NCBI RefSeq assembly: GCF_001194135.2
Contig: NC_068998.1
Location: forward strand, 15,612,142-15,676,141
Source of the DNA: Octopus bimaculoides
Lineage: Eukaryota
Direction of reading: 5' to 3'
Length of the DNA: 64,000 nucleotides
A program made the position numbers and the translations under genes. The number at the start of each line of letters is the position of its first letter. The stretch's first letter is position 1. Under the pieces are notes generated by a model. The model ran no database searches, had not been told where the DNA came from, and was given only the letters and a program-made list of their open reading frames with translations. This document shows positions 1 to 12,611 of the stretch, piece after piece.

Positions 1-612
1 CTCTTTTGCCCAAACTGACTCATTTTTGATATCATTGAAAAATGATATCAGAAAGGTAAAAAAATAAAAGAGAAGTCATCGTTTTAAGTAAGATAGAAAG
101 AAAGATGTAGAATGATGATGATGTATACAGGTCTGTATTATTTGGACAAATATGTTTTCTTCTTTTTTTTAAGACAGTAAATTGTGATTTGAGGGCGATT
201 TGGTTGTTATTTCTAGCTGGTTGACCACATAGAAGTTCCCTTGTTGGCTTTAGGATTAAAGTTGTTGCTGGGAAATGGAATGAATGTCACTGAACTTATT
301 TAACTTCTGCCCATTCCTGCTGAAGTTGAAAGGGTTAATACTCTATTGCAGTACATACTTCTGCTAATGAAAGGTAAATTAATTCTAATTAACACATCTG
401 TGATGATCATCATCTTCATTTAGCATCCACTCTTCTATGCTTGTATAGGTCAGACAGAATTTGTTGAGGCAGATTTTCGACAACTGGTTGCCATTCCAGT
501 TGTCAACAGTCATCACCTGTTTTCAGGTAAGGCAAGATTTTCCCACACGTTTTTTGCAGAAGACTGGAAACGAACAACATTGGTTGTATGATGGCAATGT
601 TTGTTTATGACC

Positions 613-651
613 ATGATGTCAAGACATGGGTATGCACAAACATACACACAT

Positions 652-685
<34 letters not shown>

Positions 686-1160
686 ATACACATACACACA
701 TGCATACACATGTATACACATACACACATGCATACACAGACTCATTTACACAAACACATGCATACATATGCACATGCGTATACACACTCACATGGACACA
801 TGCACACAAATACACTCATATGCTTACACATGCACACACACACATGCATACATACATGCACACATGAATACACACACATGCATATACACACTCACATGCA
901 CACACACACACACACACATGTATACACATACACACATGCATACACATACACACTTGCATACACAGACTCATATACACACACAAACACATGCACATGCATA
1001 CACACACTAACATGGACACATGCACACAAATACACTCATATGCTTACACACATGCATACATACATGCACACATGAACACACACACATGTATATACACACT
1101 CACATGCACACACACACACATATGCATACATACGCACATGGATACCCACATTCATTCGCA
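613..1160. repeat. CA-rich compound minisatellite with ~220-bp higher-order period
   Basis: CATGGACACATGCACACAAATACACTCATATGCTTACACA occurs at 791 and 1011. The His/Thr and Cys/Val ORFs here are its translations. Confidence 0.85.
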
Positions 1161-1551
1161 CACACATTCATTTAATCACAACTGTACCTTAGATATAAAT
1201 AAACAAAATAATTAATGATATAAAATCAATGCTTCTCAACCATTTTTTACCTATTGACCCCTTTAATTCCCATTTTACTCAGATGGATCCTCTTAGCCAT
1301 TTAATGTTTAAAAAATCCTATTATATTTTTATAATTAAATATTATTTGGAAGTGTATAAAAAAATTTCCAAAAAAAATTTCCAAAATAATTTGTGTATCA
1401 TAGAAATATAAGCAATTTATAGCACATAAATTTTAACACCAAAATCTTATATGAAACCCCAAGTGCCATATGGAACCTGGTTGAGAATCACTGATATAAA
1501 TAATTGTCGACTGATTGATTGATTGATTGATTGGTTGATTTTTCTGTTTAC

Positions 1552-1885
1552 CTTCAAAAAAGTTATGTCCATGATATTGAGGCTCATAAGACTTGTGTTG
1601 AGCTGCATATTCAGGCTGCTTCCATAATCTAAAATAGCCCCACTCACCATTTAAAGAGAAATCTCCAAAGAATGAACCCTGTCGTGGAAAACTGGGATAT
1701 TGCCGGAAAGATTTCTGATGTGCAACCATAGGAGAATAAGAGTTATTTCTGCGACCATAATTCCACAAACCATTGTCATTCCAGCCATCATATTGGGGGT
1801 CTTGATTTCCATAGCCCAAATAATCTTCACCAACAGATAGCGTGTGTGAGATGAGTGTTATTGTAATAATTCCCAGAGTCCACAT
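1552..1885 (-). CDS. Coding exon of an uncharacterised, probably secreted aromatic/Gly/Asn-rich protein; further exon(s) not located
   Basis: Acceptor TGTTCTTTTTGTTCCAG| (exon starts 1899), ATG at 1885 with A at -3, 111 open codons MWTLGIITITLISHTLSVG-EDYLGYGNQ...HGHNFFE, donor GAAG|GTAAAC at 1552/1551. Not a microsatellite; visibly more GC-rich than its flanks. Confidence 0.7.
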
Positions 1886-1940
1886 TATGTTAGAATTATC
1901 TGGAACAAAAAGAACATATATATATATATATATATATATA

Positions 1941-2708
1941 GCTAGTAATTATAGACCAATCATGTGCTTACCATTGGTGTGGAAGCTGTTAAGAGGAATG
2001 CTCTCAGAAAGTATTTATGAGCACTTTGACAGCCAGAATTTGCTGCCAGAAGAACAAAAAGAATGTAGGAAGAAGGCACGATCTTTTATACAGAGACAAA
2101 GTAGTCCTAAAAGAAGTGAAATCTAGAATGAAAAATTTAGCAATAGCATGGATAGATTATGAGAAGGCCTATGACATAATTCTACACTCATGAATAAGTG
2201 GATGATTGAATATATTCAGTATTGCAGACAACATAAGAGAGTTAATTAGCTATAGCCTGAGGAAATGGAAAGTAGATCTCTACTCAGGTGACACAAGTCA
2301 TAAAAAAGAGACAGGTAATCAGCAGTGATTACACAGCCTGATTTAGTAGCAGTAGGCAAAAAGAAGAGAAAGTGCCAGGTAATTGACTTTACAGTCCCAA
2401 ATGATGAAAAAGTTAATATGAAAGGTGTAGAGAAAATAACAAAGTACCAGGACCGAGCCATTAAATTATAGAGGCTGTGGAAAGTGCGGGTAAAATGTAT
2501 CCCTGTAATTATAAGTGCATTAGGAACTATTCCTAAACAAATGGATTGAGGAAACAGGCATAAAACCTAGTTTAGTGCAGCTCCAAAAAAACAGTATTAT
2601 TAGGGACAGCTAGGATACTTGACATCTAAGGTTACTAGTTGTAACCCAATGGTAGGAATTTTTTCCCAACATTCTCATCTGTTGTGCAAATATGGAATAA
2701 TAATAATG
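1941..2708 (+). mobile_element. R4/Dong-like RLE non-LTR retrotransposon, 5'-truncated and internally deleted
   Basis: ASNYRPIMCLPLVWKLL..LLPEEQK and LAIAWIDYEKAYD (RT motifs) joined to PDLV..IDFTVP..K..KYQD..IPVII.ALGTIPK..LQKTVLLGTARIL (RLE endonuclease C-terminus). Has stops and frameshifts. (TA)n at 5' side, (TAA)n at 3' side. Confidence 0.8.
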
Positions 2709-5700
2709 ACGACGATGATGACAGCGATGACAACAACAAGGCCAGCAATTTTAGTGGGAAGGGTTCCATTGGTTATATCAACCCAGTACTTGATTGGTAC
2801 TTTATTTTATTGATCTTGAAAGGATAAAAACTAAGTCGACCTCCATCATTATCATCATCACCTCTCTTACTGATATCCTTGTCATCTTCGGATATCATTG
2901 TTCTCATCATTGATATCATCTTACTGTTTCCATCATCATTTGATTGTATTATTGTTATCACTACCATCAGCACTGTCATCATTTAACTGCCATTTTTGTC
3001 CAAAGTTGGATCTTGCAATATAATATCTTGTTCTAAGGTGGTGAGCTGGCAGAATTGTTAATATGCTTAGTGGCATTTCATTCATTTTCATGTACTGAGT
3101 TCAAATTCCACTGAGGTCGACTTTACCTTTCTTCTTTTGGGGGTTAATAAAATAAGTACCAGCTGAACTCTGGAGTTGATGTAATCGACTTACCCACTTC
3201 CCTGAAATTGCTGGCCTTGTGCCAAAATTCAACATCAGTATAGTATCTTGTTCTATCTATTTTCCAAATTTCTAGTAATATAACCTAAACTACTTCTTTA
3301 CCATGTTTTTCATTTATATTAGTTAATAAAATTGTAAATTAATTAAAATGGTATCAAACTACCTTTATACTATATATAAAATTTAAGAACTAGAATCACA
3401 ATGATTTATTTTCTAAATTCCATATAATTTCTTTAAAAAATCTTTGGAAATATAAAATAAAAATTTTAAAATACAAAACAAATGAGAAAATAGTCTCTTC
3501 AAGANNNNNNNNNNNNNNNNNNNNNNNNNNNNNNNNNNNNNNNNNNNNNNNNNNNNNNNNNNNNNNNNNNNNNNNNNNNNNNNNNNNNNNNNNNNNNNNN
3601 NNNNNNNNNNNNNNNNNNNNNNNNNNNNNNNNNNNNNNNNNNNNNNNNNNNNNNNNNNNNNNNNNNNNNNNNNNNNNNNNNNNNNNNNNNNNNNNNNNNN
3701 NNNNNNNNNNNNNNNNNNNNNNNNNNNNNNNNNNNNNNNNNNNNNNNNNTTTGGTAAATCTGCCTCAAGTGGTTTGCTAAAGATTTATTTATTTATTATG
3801 TTTACTTATTTATTTTTTATTTTATCTCTTTATTTTTAATTTAGCAAAAAAAAAAAAAAAAAGGCCAGAGTGCTTTTCTCTCCTTCTTTAAACAGTAGAA
3901 GTTAACTATGGAAGACAGACAAAATAATAATTTTAGCTTTCAAAGTATTTAATGTGTGTGTGTGTGTGTGTGCATGCACGCATATGTGTATGTACTGGTG
4001 TTCTTCCTACCACTAGCCACTCAGTTGTGGGGTAGGAGCAGAATAAGTAATTAGTCACACGAACCAATAGGCGCAGATGTGACAGTGTAGTAAGAAGCTT
4101 GCTTCCCAACCATATGGTTCCAGGTTCAGTCCCACTGTCGCACCTTAGGTAAGAGTCTTCTACTATAACCTTGGGCTGACAAAAGCCTTGTGAGTAGATT
4201 TGGTAAACAGAAACTGAAAGAAGCCCATTGTGTATGTAGATATTACCTGTGATGTGATCAGCCTGGTGTGCTTTTGATTAGGTGTCAGATGTGGCACCCA
4301 CCAAGAAGAAACCTTTGTCATGCTAAATTCATTGTGCAGAATATTCTCAACTCAATTATGGGATATGCTAAGAAAATTGGTTATTTGATTTATAGTCAAT
4401 CACCTAACATCCATCATCATGTGGTGAACATGGTCAATGTTTTCCTTGATGGTGACAGCTGCAGGGTGTCCAAACTTTGGGTCATATTCAAGGCTCTCCC
4501 TTTCCCTCCTAAATTCAGCTGTCCACTTTTAAAAGAATAGTTGAAATTAATGTATGCAAGATTCCACAGCTCAAGCATCACTCTGTCATTGTCGGCCTAC
4601 AAACTTTTCAGCCCACCCTTGTAAATACCAGGCTCAAAAAAATAAGCACTGGGGTTGACTTGTTCAACTAAAACCCCTCAAAGAGGTGCACCAGCATGGC
4701 CACAGTCCAATAACTGAAACGAGTAAGAAATAAAAGATAAATGACAAATAAATTGTAGTGCTGAAATTCTAGTTTGTAGATAAGATTTCATTTTAAAATC
4801 CTTATAACTACAATTTCATATCAATAAAACTTATGCTGTTGATGCTCTAAGTAAAAGCCATAACATTACAACTTTCTATTTCTGTTTCCTAATCTCCAAA
4901 AAGCTATTCAAGCTTCTTGATATTTTTCATAAATAATTAAACTATACAGCCATATCACAACTTAATAAATAAAATAAATAAGTTATACAAGAATACCTCA
5001 TCTTACATCAGTAATTGATTCCAAAATATGTGACTTAACTCGAGAAATGATGTAACATTAGAAATTCATTGAAATTTATTAAAAAAAGACTATTTTATTT
5101 AGAACAAGTAGAAAGATAAATTTTATTCAATGCATAGATACTGAACAGTATAGATATAAAGAATAAAATCCTTTTTTCTTCCTAAAAGCAGAAAAATTTG
5201 TTGGCAGCCTGATTTTCCTCTTCCACATCAGTTTCCAGATTTTTTTTTAATATTATACGCCTTTAAATTTGTTTGCTGAGACTGATATAAAGTCAGATAA
5301 ATCAACTGAAGTTGAGTTTTGTTTTCTCCTGGAAAAGACAATAGTTGAAACGACATAATTCAAGGTATATTTGTATTTCACTTATTCATAATGCTCATAA
5401 TGGTTATATTTATAAGTTTGTACCGAGGAAGTAGATAAAATCACCCGACTGAGCAAGTCAGTTGCAAATAACACCAACAAACCTGCATAAAGAATCTAAA
5501 TTTGCTGGCTCTGGAACTGAAAAAAACAGATAAAAATAATTTTTTTCGGCAGCTATGATGAACCATAGATAAAAATTGTCAAACTGAAGCTTGATAATAT
5601 TTCAAAAGTCTTCTTAGCTACATGTTTGCTCAATTAGATCAAGAAACCCAAGTGTCATTTCTACATTGACATTAGTAAGGAACCAGCTTGGAATAACTGG

Positions 5701-6629
5701 TCCTCTGTTGACAATGCTCTCAAGTATAAGTAGTTTCAAATACACCTTACATGCTCAGATATGTTCAAGTGTGTACATAGTCAATATATCATGTGTTGAA
5801 GAAATGAAGTTAAGAGTTTATTTTTGTCGGGGAAAGCAAGAGAAGATGTTAATTGTGTTTGTGTATTTTAGTTATTTTTTTTTGTTTAAATTATAAATAC
5901 ATGTCTGTTGCAGCTGGCTGAGATGATGATATGGTGCCATTATTTTCTAGCCAAATGGTGAACTGTCCTTATCCTGTGACCAGCACTGTGATCTTTTCAT
6001 AGCAGAGATATTTTTTACTCTTAATAGTTGGGTATAGTTCTTTGGAAAGGAAACTTTAGAGAAGGTCGAATAATTGAGGTTAGTGGAATCAATTTGCAGA
6101 TTGAAGACATAGAGCATGTTTACACACATCTGCTTATGTACAGAGACACCAATATATACATACATAAAACACACAAATACGAATACACTGACCACAAGCT
6201 TATCAGTTCAAATCTTGTCATAACTGTCATTTATATTTTTGGTTTGCTTTGCTTAAATTCTTTCTAATTCCCTGTTATGGCACTGGATAATGGAAATTAA
6301 TCCAGCAGAAAGAGAAAAGCCAAGCCTTATCATCATCATCATTGTTTTATTATTCTTATCATTGTTGTTGTCATCATCATTGGTGTTGGCCTTGTCAGCA
6401 TTTCGTCATCATCGTCATTGTTGTTGTCATCATTATCATTATCAGTTTCGTTGTTGTCATCATCACTGTAGTTATGATCATTGTCTATCTCTCACTCTTC
6501 ATCATTGGCATTGACGCTGGTGTCAGCATTGTCATTGTTGTGGTCACTGTCATCATCACTGCCACTGCCGCCACCACTGTCACTTTTACTGCCGTCACCA
6601 TCAATGTTGTCTCCAGATTTACTCTGATT

Positions 6630-7080
6630 CAAAGGAGTAGCATCTATCAGGGTCCCAGCTGACAGATGCTACTATAGCACAGAAACTTCAAGAAACCCCC
6701 AGTGCAAACCCTGAGTACCTTGCGAAAGGAAAAGGCCAGGAGAGTCAGCCTTGGCCACAAATCAATGAGTGGAGTTTTTCAGGTGGTCTGGTGCCCTCTT
6801 TGATACTCTTCCAGCAACCCCAAGGCAGGTGGATCTCTCCAGCCTTGTAAGGTAATTCACCTAGGAGAAGGCCACCCAATGTGAAACCTACAGCTTGTTG
6901 GTAATTGAAGCTGTCTTAGCTCACTGAGCCACTGTAATTAGACCTCCAAGTCTAAAGAGTGGGATCAGATTGTGAAAACTGACTCACACTTTAAAACTAC
7001 CATCCACAGGTAGGAAGAAATGCTTTGCAGCATCAACGGTCAGTTTCCATAGTGACTTGAGGGTATGCCTCTCTTCATCA
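6630..7080 (+). mobile_element. Probable 5' region of an RTE-type LINE
   Basis: GC-richer island containing CCAGCCTTG..CACCTAGGAGAAGG, which I recall as typical of RTE 5' UTRs. No RT peptide recovered. Confidence 0.35.
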
Positions 7081-7747
7081 TGGTCTTTGTATACAAAGAA
7101 ACTGTCACCATCATCACTTAGTTATATTAATCTTGAATTAATACAGTCTTGTATTAAAAACTTCATAGCAAAGACTAGCCTTCTTATTCAGAGACAGAAA
7201 ATACTCCAGCTCCCAAAATTACTAATCATCTTCAAAGCTCAAGTGAGACTCACAATGTAATATTGATTCCAAATTTTGGCACAAGGCCAGCTAGTTTGGG
7301 GGAGGGGTTAAGTTGATTACATCAACCCCAGTGCTCAACTGGCACTTATTTTAATGACCCCGAAAGGGATGAAAGACAAAATTGACCTCAGCAGAATTGG
7401 AACTTAGAACATAAAGATGGACTAAAGGGATAGTGCTGCTACTGCACATATAGACATCTTTGACTACACACACACACACACAAAAAAAGCTCTACCAGGT
7501 GATTGGCTTGAAGTCACACACCAAAATCAAACTTGTAGACTTCAATATCTGACCCACTAATGTACTGTTTCTACATTTTTTTTATTGCTTCGAGGATCAG
7601 AGTTCTCTACAGAAGCCTCTGATTAGGTGTGGCTGTTGGACACTGGCAATTTGGTATGGCTGACTGGATATTGAATCTGTCTTGACCACAGAAATGTTTA
7701 GCACTGGAGTCAAACAGTCACAAAAACCCATACAGAGATATGCACAT

Positions 7748-7823
<76 letters not shown>

Positions 7824-10800
7824 TGTCACTCCTCTGGAAATTAACCTCTGCCTGTTTTTTTTTCAAGAGAAACATCAGCTATGTTGGTCACTCTGGTTTC
7901 TGAGAGTCTATAAAGGTCATGGTCACAACTCCTTCATCCTGAACCAAACCTTTAAAAGAAACAGTTCTTCTCTTGTACCAAGAACTGTTCTTGTATTAAA
8001 TACACTCTAAATAACCTCTTTTGTAATAAATATACCTCTCTAGTGCTAAGTATCTTTTGCACAACATACTCCTTTTGTACTAAATCCTGATGTGTGGTAT
8101 TCAAAACAAACTTCATATCCAAATACAAAACTTTGCTCTTATCAATGTTGGTAACTTGAAATGCTATATTTTGATCACATTTACTGCTGATTCACATCCG
8201 TCCTCAACTTTTCATATGAACACATGAATAACTGCTTTATATTAATTTAAACTACTGTTTTATATGGCACAAAAGTTGTTTATATTACTTTAAAGTGCTG
8301 TGTAATAGTCTTTCCTATCAATGTTTTTTTTTTACTGTATTTTGTAATTGTCATAACTTGGACTGAATAGGTCTCCACTACAAGTAGAAAGTATAAAATA
8401 AAGATCATCATTGTTGTTGTCACCATTGTTTTAATGTTCATTTTTACATGGCTTTCTATGGCTTGATACTTTTCCTGTCATGAAACTTCATTTGTTTCTG
8501 AGTAAGGTAATGTTTCCGCTTTTCATGAAAAATTGGAAATGAACGACACTGCTTGAATGATGGTGACATTCGCTTACAACTATCACATGATGTCAAAACA
8601 AGGACACACACACACACAAACACAGCATACAAAACAACCTTCTTTCAATTTCCATCTACCAAATTTACTCACAAGGCCTTAATTGACCCAAGGTTGTGGT
8701 AGAAGACACTTTGATGAAAGTGCCACACAGTGGGACTGAACCTGAAACCATATGTCTGGGAAGCAAACTTCTTAACCATGCAGCTATATATTATAACAGA
8801 GAATAGTAGTAGACACTTGCTGAAGGTGCCACACAGTGGGACTGAACCCAGAACCATGTTGGAAAACAAGCTTCTTACCACAGCCACACCTGCACCTATC
8901 ACTTGTGTTTTTTTTTTTTTTAACTATTAGAAGTATCAAAGAGCTCAGTATTTTTGATTTCAGAGGAATGGGTAACTGGAGTAATGGCATTGAGGTGTTT
9001 TCCAATAGTATTTGTAAAGCAAGTGAAACAGCAACAATAAGATGCTTTGAGTATATTTTGAGAAATAAACAGGTTCTTCTGTCAGGCTATAAAATATTTA
9101 ATTAGAGAGCTTTTTGCATGTTTACACAAACTAATCAAACAAAATTCTTGTTTTATTGATGATGCACACAGAGAAATACCAATTGAATAGAATTCTTGTT
9201 TTATTGTCAGACAAACAGAAAAAAGTACAAAAAAAAAAAAAAGGAAAGAGAAATTGAAGAAACTTTTAAAGTTTCATCTTTATTAATGCATCCAATGTCT
9301 CTCAATATTACCAGATGAAAAATAGATACAGAAATGAGCCGCAACACAAACTTAGAGAAAAAATATATATTTATTAACGGCAAGAGATTTTTAATGCCAT
9401 GATGTGAAAAATGTCCATTTACAGATGACTTAAAGAAAGAGAATTGTATGTAAGTGTATGTGTGTTTAAGGTTCCTCTCACTCACCAAAAGTGGTGTCAA
9501 AATATAAACAGAAATGAAGGAGACAGTCCTTTATGTTAAATACAAACAACAAAGAACACACCTTGAATATCAATTCTCTAATTTAATGTAGATGGAAGAT
9601 TTAACTTTGTTGCTAAATAATAAATTCATCAACTTATATGAAGTGCTGCTTGAGTTAATTTAGCTGGTTTAAAGCAAAATCTGCAAATCTTTATGGTTGA
9701 GTTACAAATCGGATCTGTAGGCATTGCATAAATCTTTATAGAGTTATATAGGAAAATGCTATCCATACACAGTACAGAATTAAAGCAGACTGATTCATCA
9801 AATATTCAAACTGCAGAAGACCTTAGATGATCACATATTCAGAAGATTTTGTTGGAAAATGTATTTGAAGCTACAAAGGATAATGTATACTACATTCATT
9901 AAGCAAAGTAAACTGAAGAATTTATCCAATTAACTAATTGCTCAATGAATTCAATGAAAGGAAAAAAAAAAAAAAAGAATGGTTTTCAAAACTAACTATT
10001 TGTATAGGTAATTACATTTCTTTAAAATGTTGATTTACCCTAACGAGTAACATCAACTTTTCACTAATGACCTCATTTGTTTAGTGAATATTTTAAGTTA
10101 AGGAGATCTTTTTCAATCTTGGAAAATTTCCTTGAAAATAACAAGATCTAATCCCAAATCAGATCTGACTATGGTTGAATGGTTAAGATCTATTCGAGAT
10201 CTTATGTCATTAATGCCTGTTTTGAGATGCAAATATTGAATATCTATTTTGATATAATAATAAATACTACGCATTCCAAAACAGTCAAGTCTATAAAGAA
10301 CGAAAAATATGAATAAAAACAATCTTACAAAATAATCCATATAATCAGATTTCTTTCATTTAAAGATAAACAGTGAGTGTAAAATAAATCATTATAGTTT
10401 ATAACTGTAAACCAAAAATTAAGGGGTTACAATGACCATTTGCCAAATACTAGTTAACTTTTAAAATGGAAGTGACGTCTCAAAGTTTTAAATAGAGGTA
10501 AAAATCATTAAAATGAGAAATTTAAGACTTGGGGAAACAAATCTTTCAGACACATGCATGCCATTTCAGTTTACTTTGTTTATATAAGCTTAATTAAATC
10601 AAAGATGATTATTTAATTTATTTGAAGCATTAGAAACCCTAAAATAACACTGACATTGCTAATAGAAACTAATTCCTTCTTAGACTATAGTTCTATGAGG
10701 GCCTTGCTTTGCACCAAATCTAGTGAGAAAAGGAGGAAAAATAAAGTATGTTTTCAAAGTAATGGACGATATGTGTGACTTTAAACATAGTGTAGTAATG

Positions 10801-10834
10801 AAGACGTTCCTCCAATATTTAAGTCAGATTTTTA

Positions 10835-10974
10835 TCAACCATCTTGCTGTATAAAAGGATTTGGAATAGCTTCCATTCCATCAGCTGGACAAATAGATAC
10901 TACTGAGGTTCCTCGGCAAACTACTAAACCAAGCGTCCGAGTATCTTCAGTTAATTTGTATGGATCATCAGGGT
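10835..10974 (-). CDS. LSM7: LSm7, last coding exon
   Basis: DPDDPYKLTEDTRTLGLVVCRGTSVVSICPADGMEAIPNPFIQQDG*, near-identical to the metazoan LSm7 C-terminus. Acceptor TTTTTCCAG, phase 1. Confidence 0.97.
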
Positions 10975-11610
10975 CTGGAAAAAAGACAAAGAAATGAAAA
11001 AAATAAAGTAGGAATGGAAACCAAAAATGGAGATTTTTTTTGTCACTGGGAATTAATGGAACAGAACAATGAAAAGAACAATGGCTAGGTTTCCACAACA
11101 CAACACTGAATCTATAAATACTTCAAATGTATATCTACTTAAAGTCACCACCACCACCGTCATTGCCATCATCATTTAACATTTACTTTTCCATGCCTGC
11201 ATGGTTTGAATGGAATTTGTTCAGACAGATTTTTCTATAGCTGGATACCCTTCCTATTGTCAACCTTCATTTATTTCTAAACAAGGTAACATTTTTCTAT
11301 GGCCAGACATGATTTTCACAGGAAACAAACACCACAACTTGTGTGACTGATACTCGTTTACAACCATCACATGACGTCAAGACAAGGGTACACACAATAC
11401 CCACACATGTATATGACAGGCTTCTTTCAGTTTCCTTCTACTAAATCCACTCACAAGGGTTTGGTTGGCCTGGAGCTAAGACAGCTGCATTAGGTAGAGC
11501 ATCCAACTGTAGAAATCATGTCATATGACAATTGGGGTCTGGACAGCTCCTAGCTCCATGTCAAACTGTCCAACCCATGCCAGCATGGAAAGAAGGTGAT
11601 GATGATGACT

Positions 11611-12054
11611 TGCAAATTAGTTACAGTTCAGTTCAGTCTATTATCATTGAAGATTTGGGTATGAGGCATGCGTCTGCCAAGTTTGTGCCAAAACTGCTTT
11701 CAGCTGACCAAAAAGACATTCGGGTTTTAGTTGCACAAGATCCCTTCGAATGACACAAGAAGGATGAAAACTCTTCGAAAACTTTGTGTAAGCCCCTGAG
11801 CAGGTATCGCCAAGCTTTTGGCAAAATTTGATGCAGATTCTCTTCTCAAGTTTCTGTCAAGGTCAATGCAATGATCCCACACTACACACATTCCTTCAAA
11901 GCACTGCTGTAAACAGTGGAAGTGAGCTAGAATGTTAAAACTTAGTGCAGATACACAGCAGAATTCAAGGTCAATCCATGCCAAGCGGCATCACTCTGTG
12001 TGCTTTAGCTTCATGACTATGGAAACAGTCTGGATACTTGTCAATCAGACCATG
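11611..12054. mobile_element. Foldback mariner derivative, partial copy (LSM7 intron)
   Basis: Plus strand EDLGMRHASAKFVPKLLSADQK fused to an inverted mariner 5' end. TIR ..GATACTTGTCAATCAGACCATG followed by TA. Confidence 0.85.
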
Positions 12055-12351
12055 TATGTATATACTTGAGCTTCCACACAGTTTCTATCAATCAAATTCA
12101 CTTGAAAAAATTGGTTGACCCAGAGCTATAGTAGAAGGCACTTTCCCAAGGTGCTGCCCAGTAGGACAATGCGAAAGCATGAGGTTGTAAAGCTAGTTTC
12201 TTAACCACAAAACCAAACACATTTGCATCAGTGCAAAAATAATTAAGAGCGCAATCTTTTATCAGATGTTAAAATAAGTCAGTTTTATGTAAAAACAAAA
12301 GTTTCATGAACAATAAAAAAAATGAAAAATAAAAACAACAAACAAGCTTAC

Positions 12352-12423
12352 CTCTAAGATATTCAATTGTCCCATCTAACACAAGATTCAGTAAAGGATC
12401 ATGACCTTTAAGAATACCACTTA
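12352..12423 (-). CDS. LSM7: LSm7 internal exon
   Basis: (V)SGILKGHDPLLNLVLDGTIEYLR. ATTTCAG acceptor, GTAAGC donor, 72 nt, phase 1-1. Confidence 0.97.
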
Positions 12424-12561
12424 CTGAAATAAATAAATAGAAATATTTATTAAAAGAAAAGTTTATAGAAAGTAATAGCTCAAGGACAAGAGATAATAGC
12501 TCCAAGGTGACCAAAGCCTTGTGAGAGAATGTAGTAGAGAACCCAGGTTTGAAATTTCCCC

Positions 12562-12611
12562 AAAAGACCTGATGAAGGCTGGAGGGTATATCAACCGAAA
12601 CGTTGTGTTAA
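12562..12611 (+). ncRNA. Minimal type-I hammerhead ribozyme motif (Penelope-type), slightly degenerate
   Basis: CUGAUGA-A-GGCUG(10 nt)CAACC-GAAA-CGUU, with stem I AAGAC/GUGUU (one mismatch). Confidence 0.6.

Noticed and set aside
517-563. Candidate next exon for the secreted protein (TTCGTTTCCAG acceptor)
   Set aside because: Lies inside repeat family C and reaches a stop within 14 codons in the required phase.
513-1215. His/Thr-, Cys/Val- and Tyr/Ile-rich ORFs here and at 27.9-28.7, 36.2-36.7, 53.4-54.2 and 62.8-63.2 kb
   Set aside because: Translations of CA/TG/TA microsatellites.
6985-7110. Minus-strand exon-like stretch with a GTGAGT donor (DHDEERHTLKSLWKLTVDAAKHFF)
   Set aside because: Overlaps the RTE-like island, has a weak acceptor, and shows no recognisable homology.
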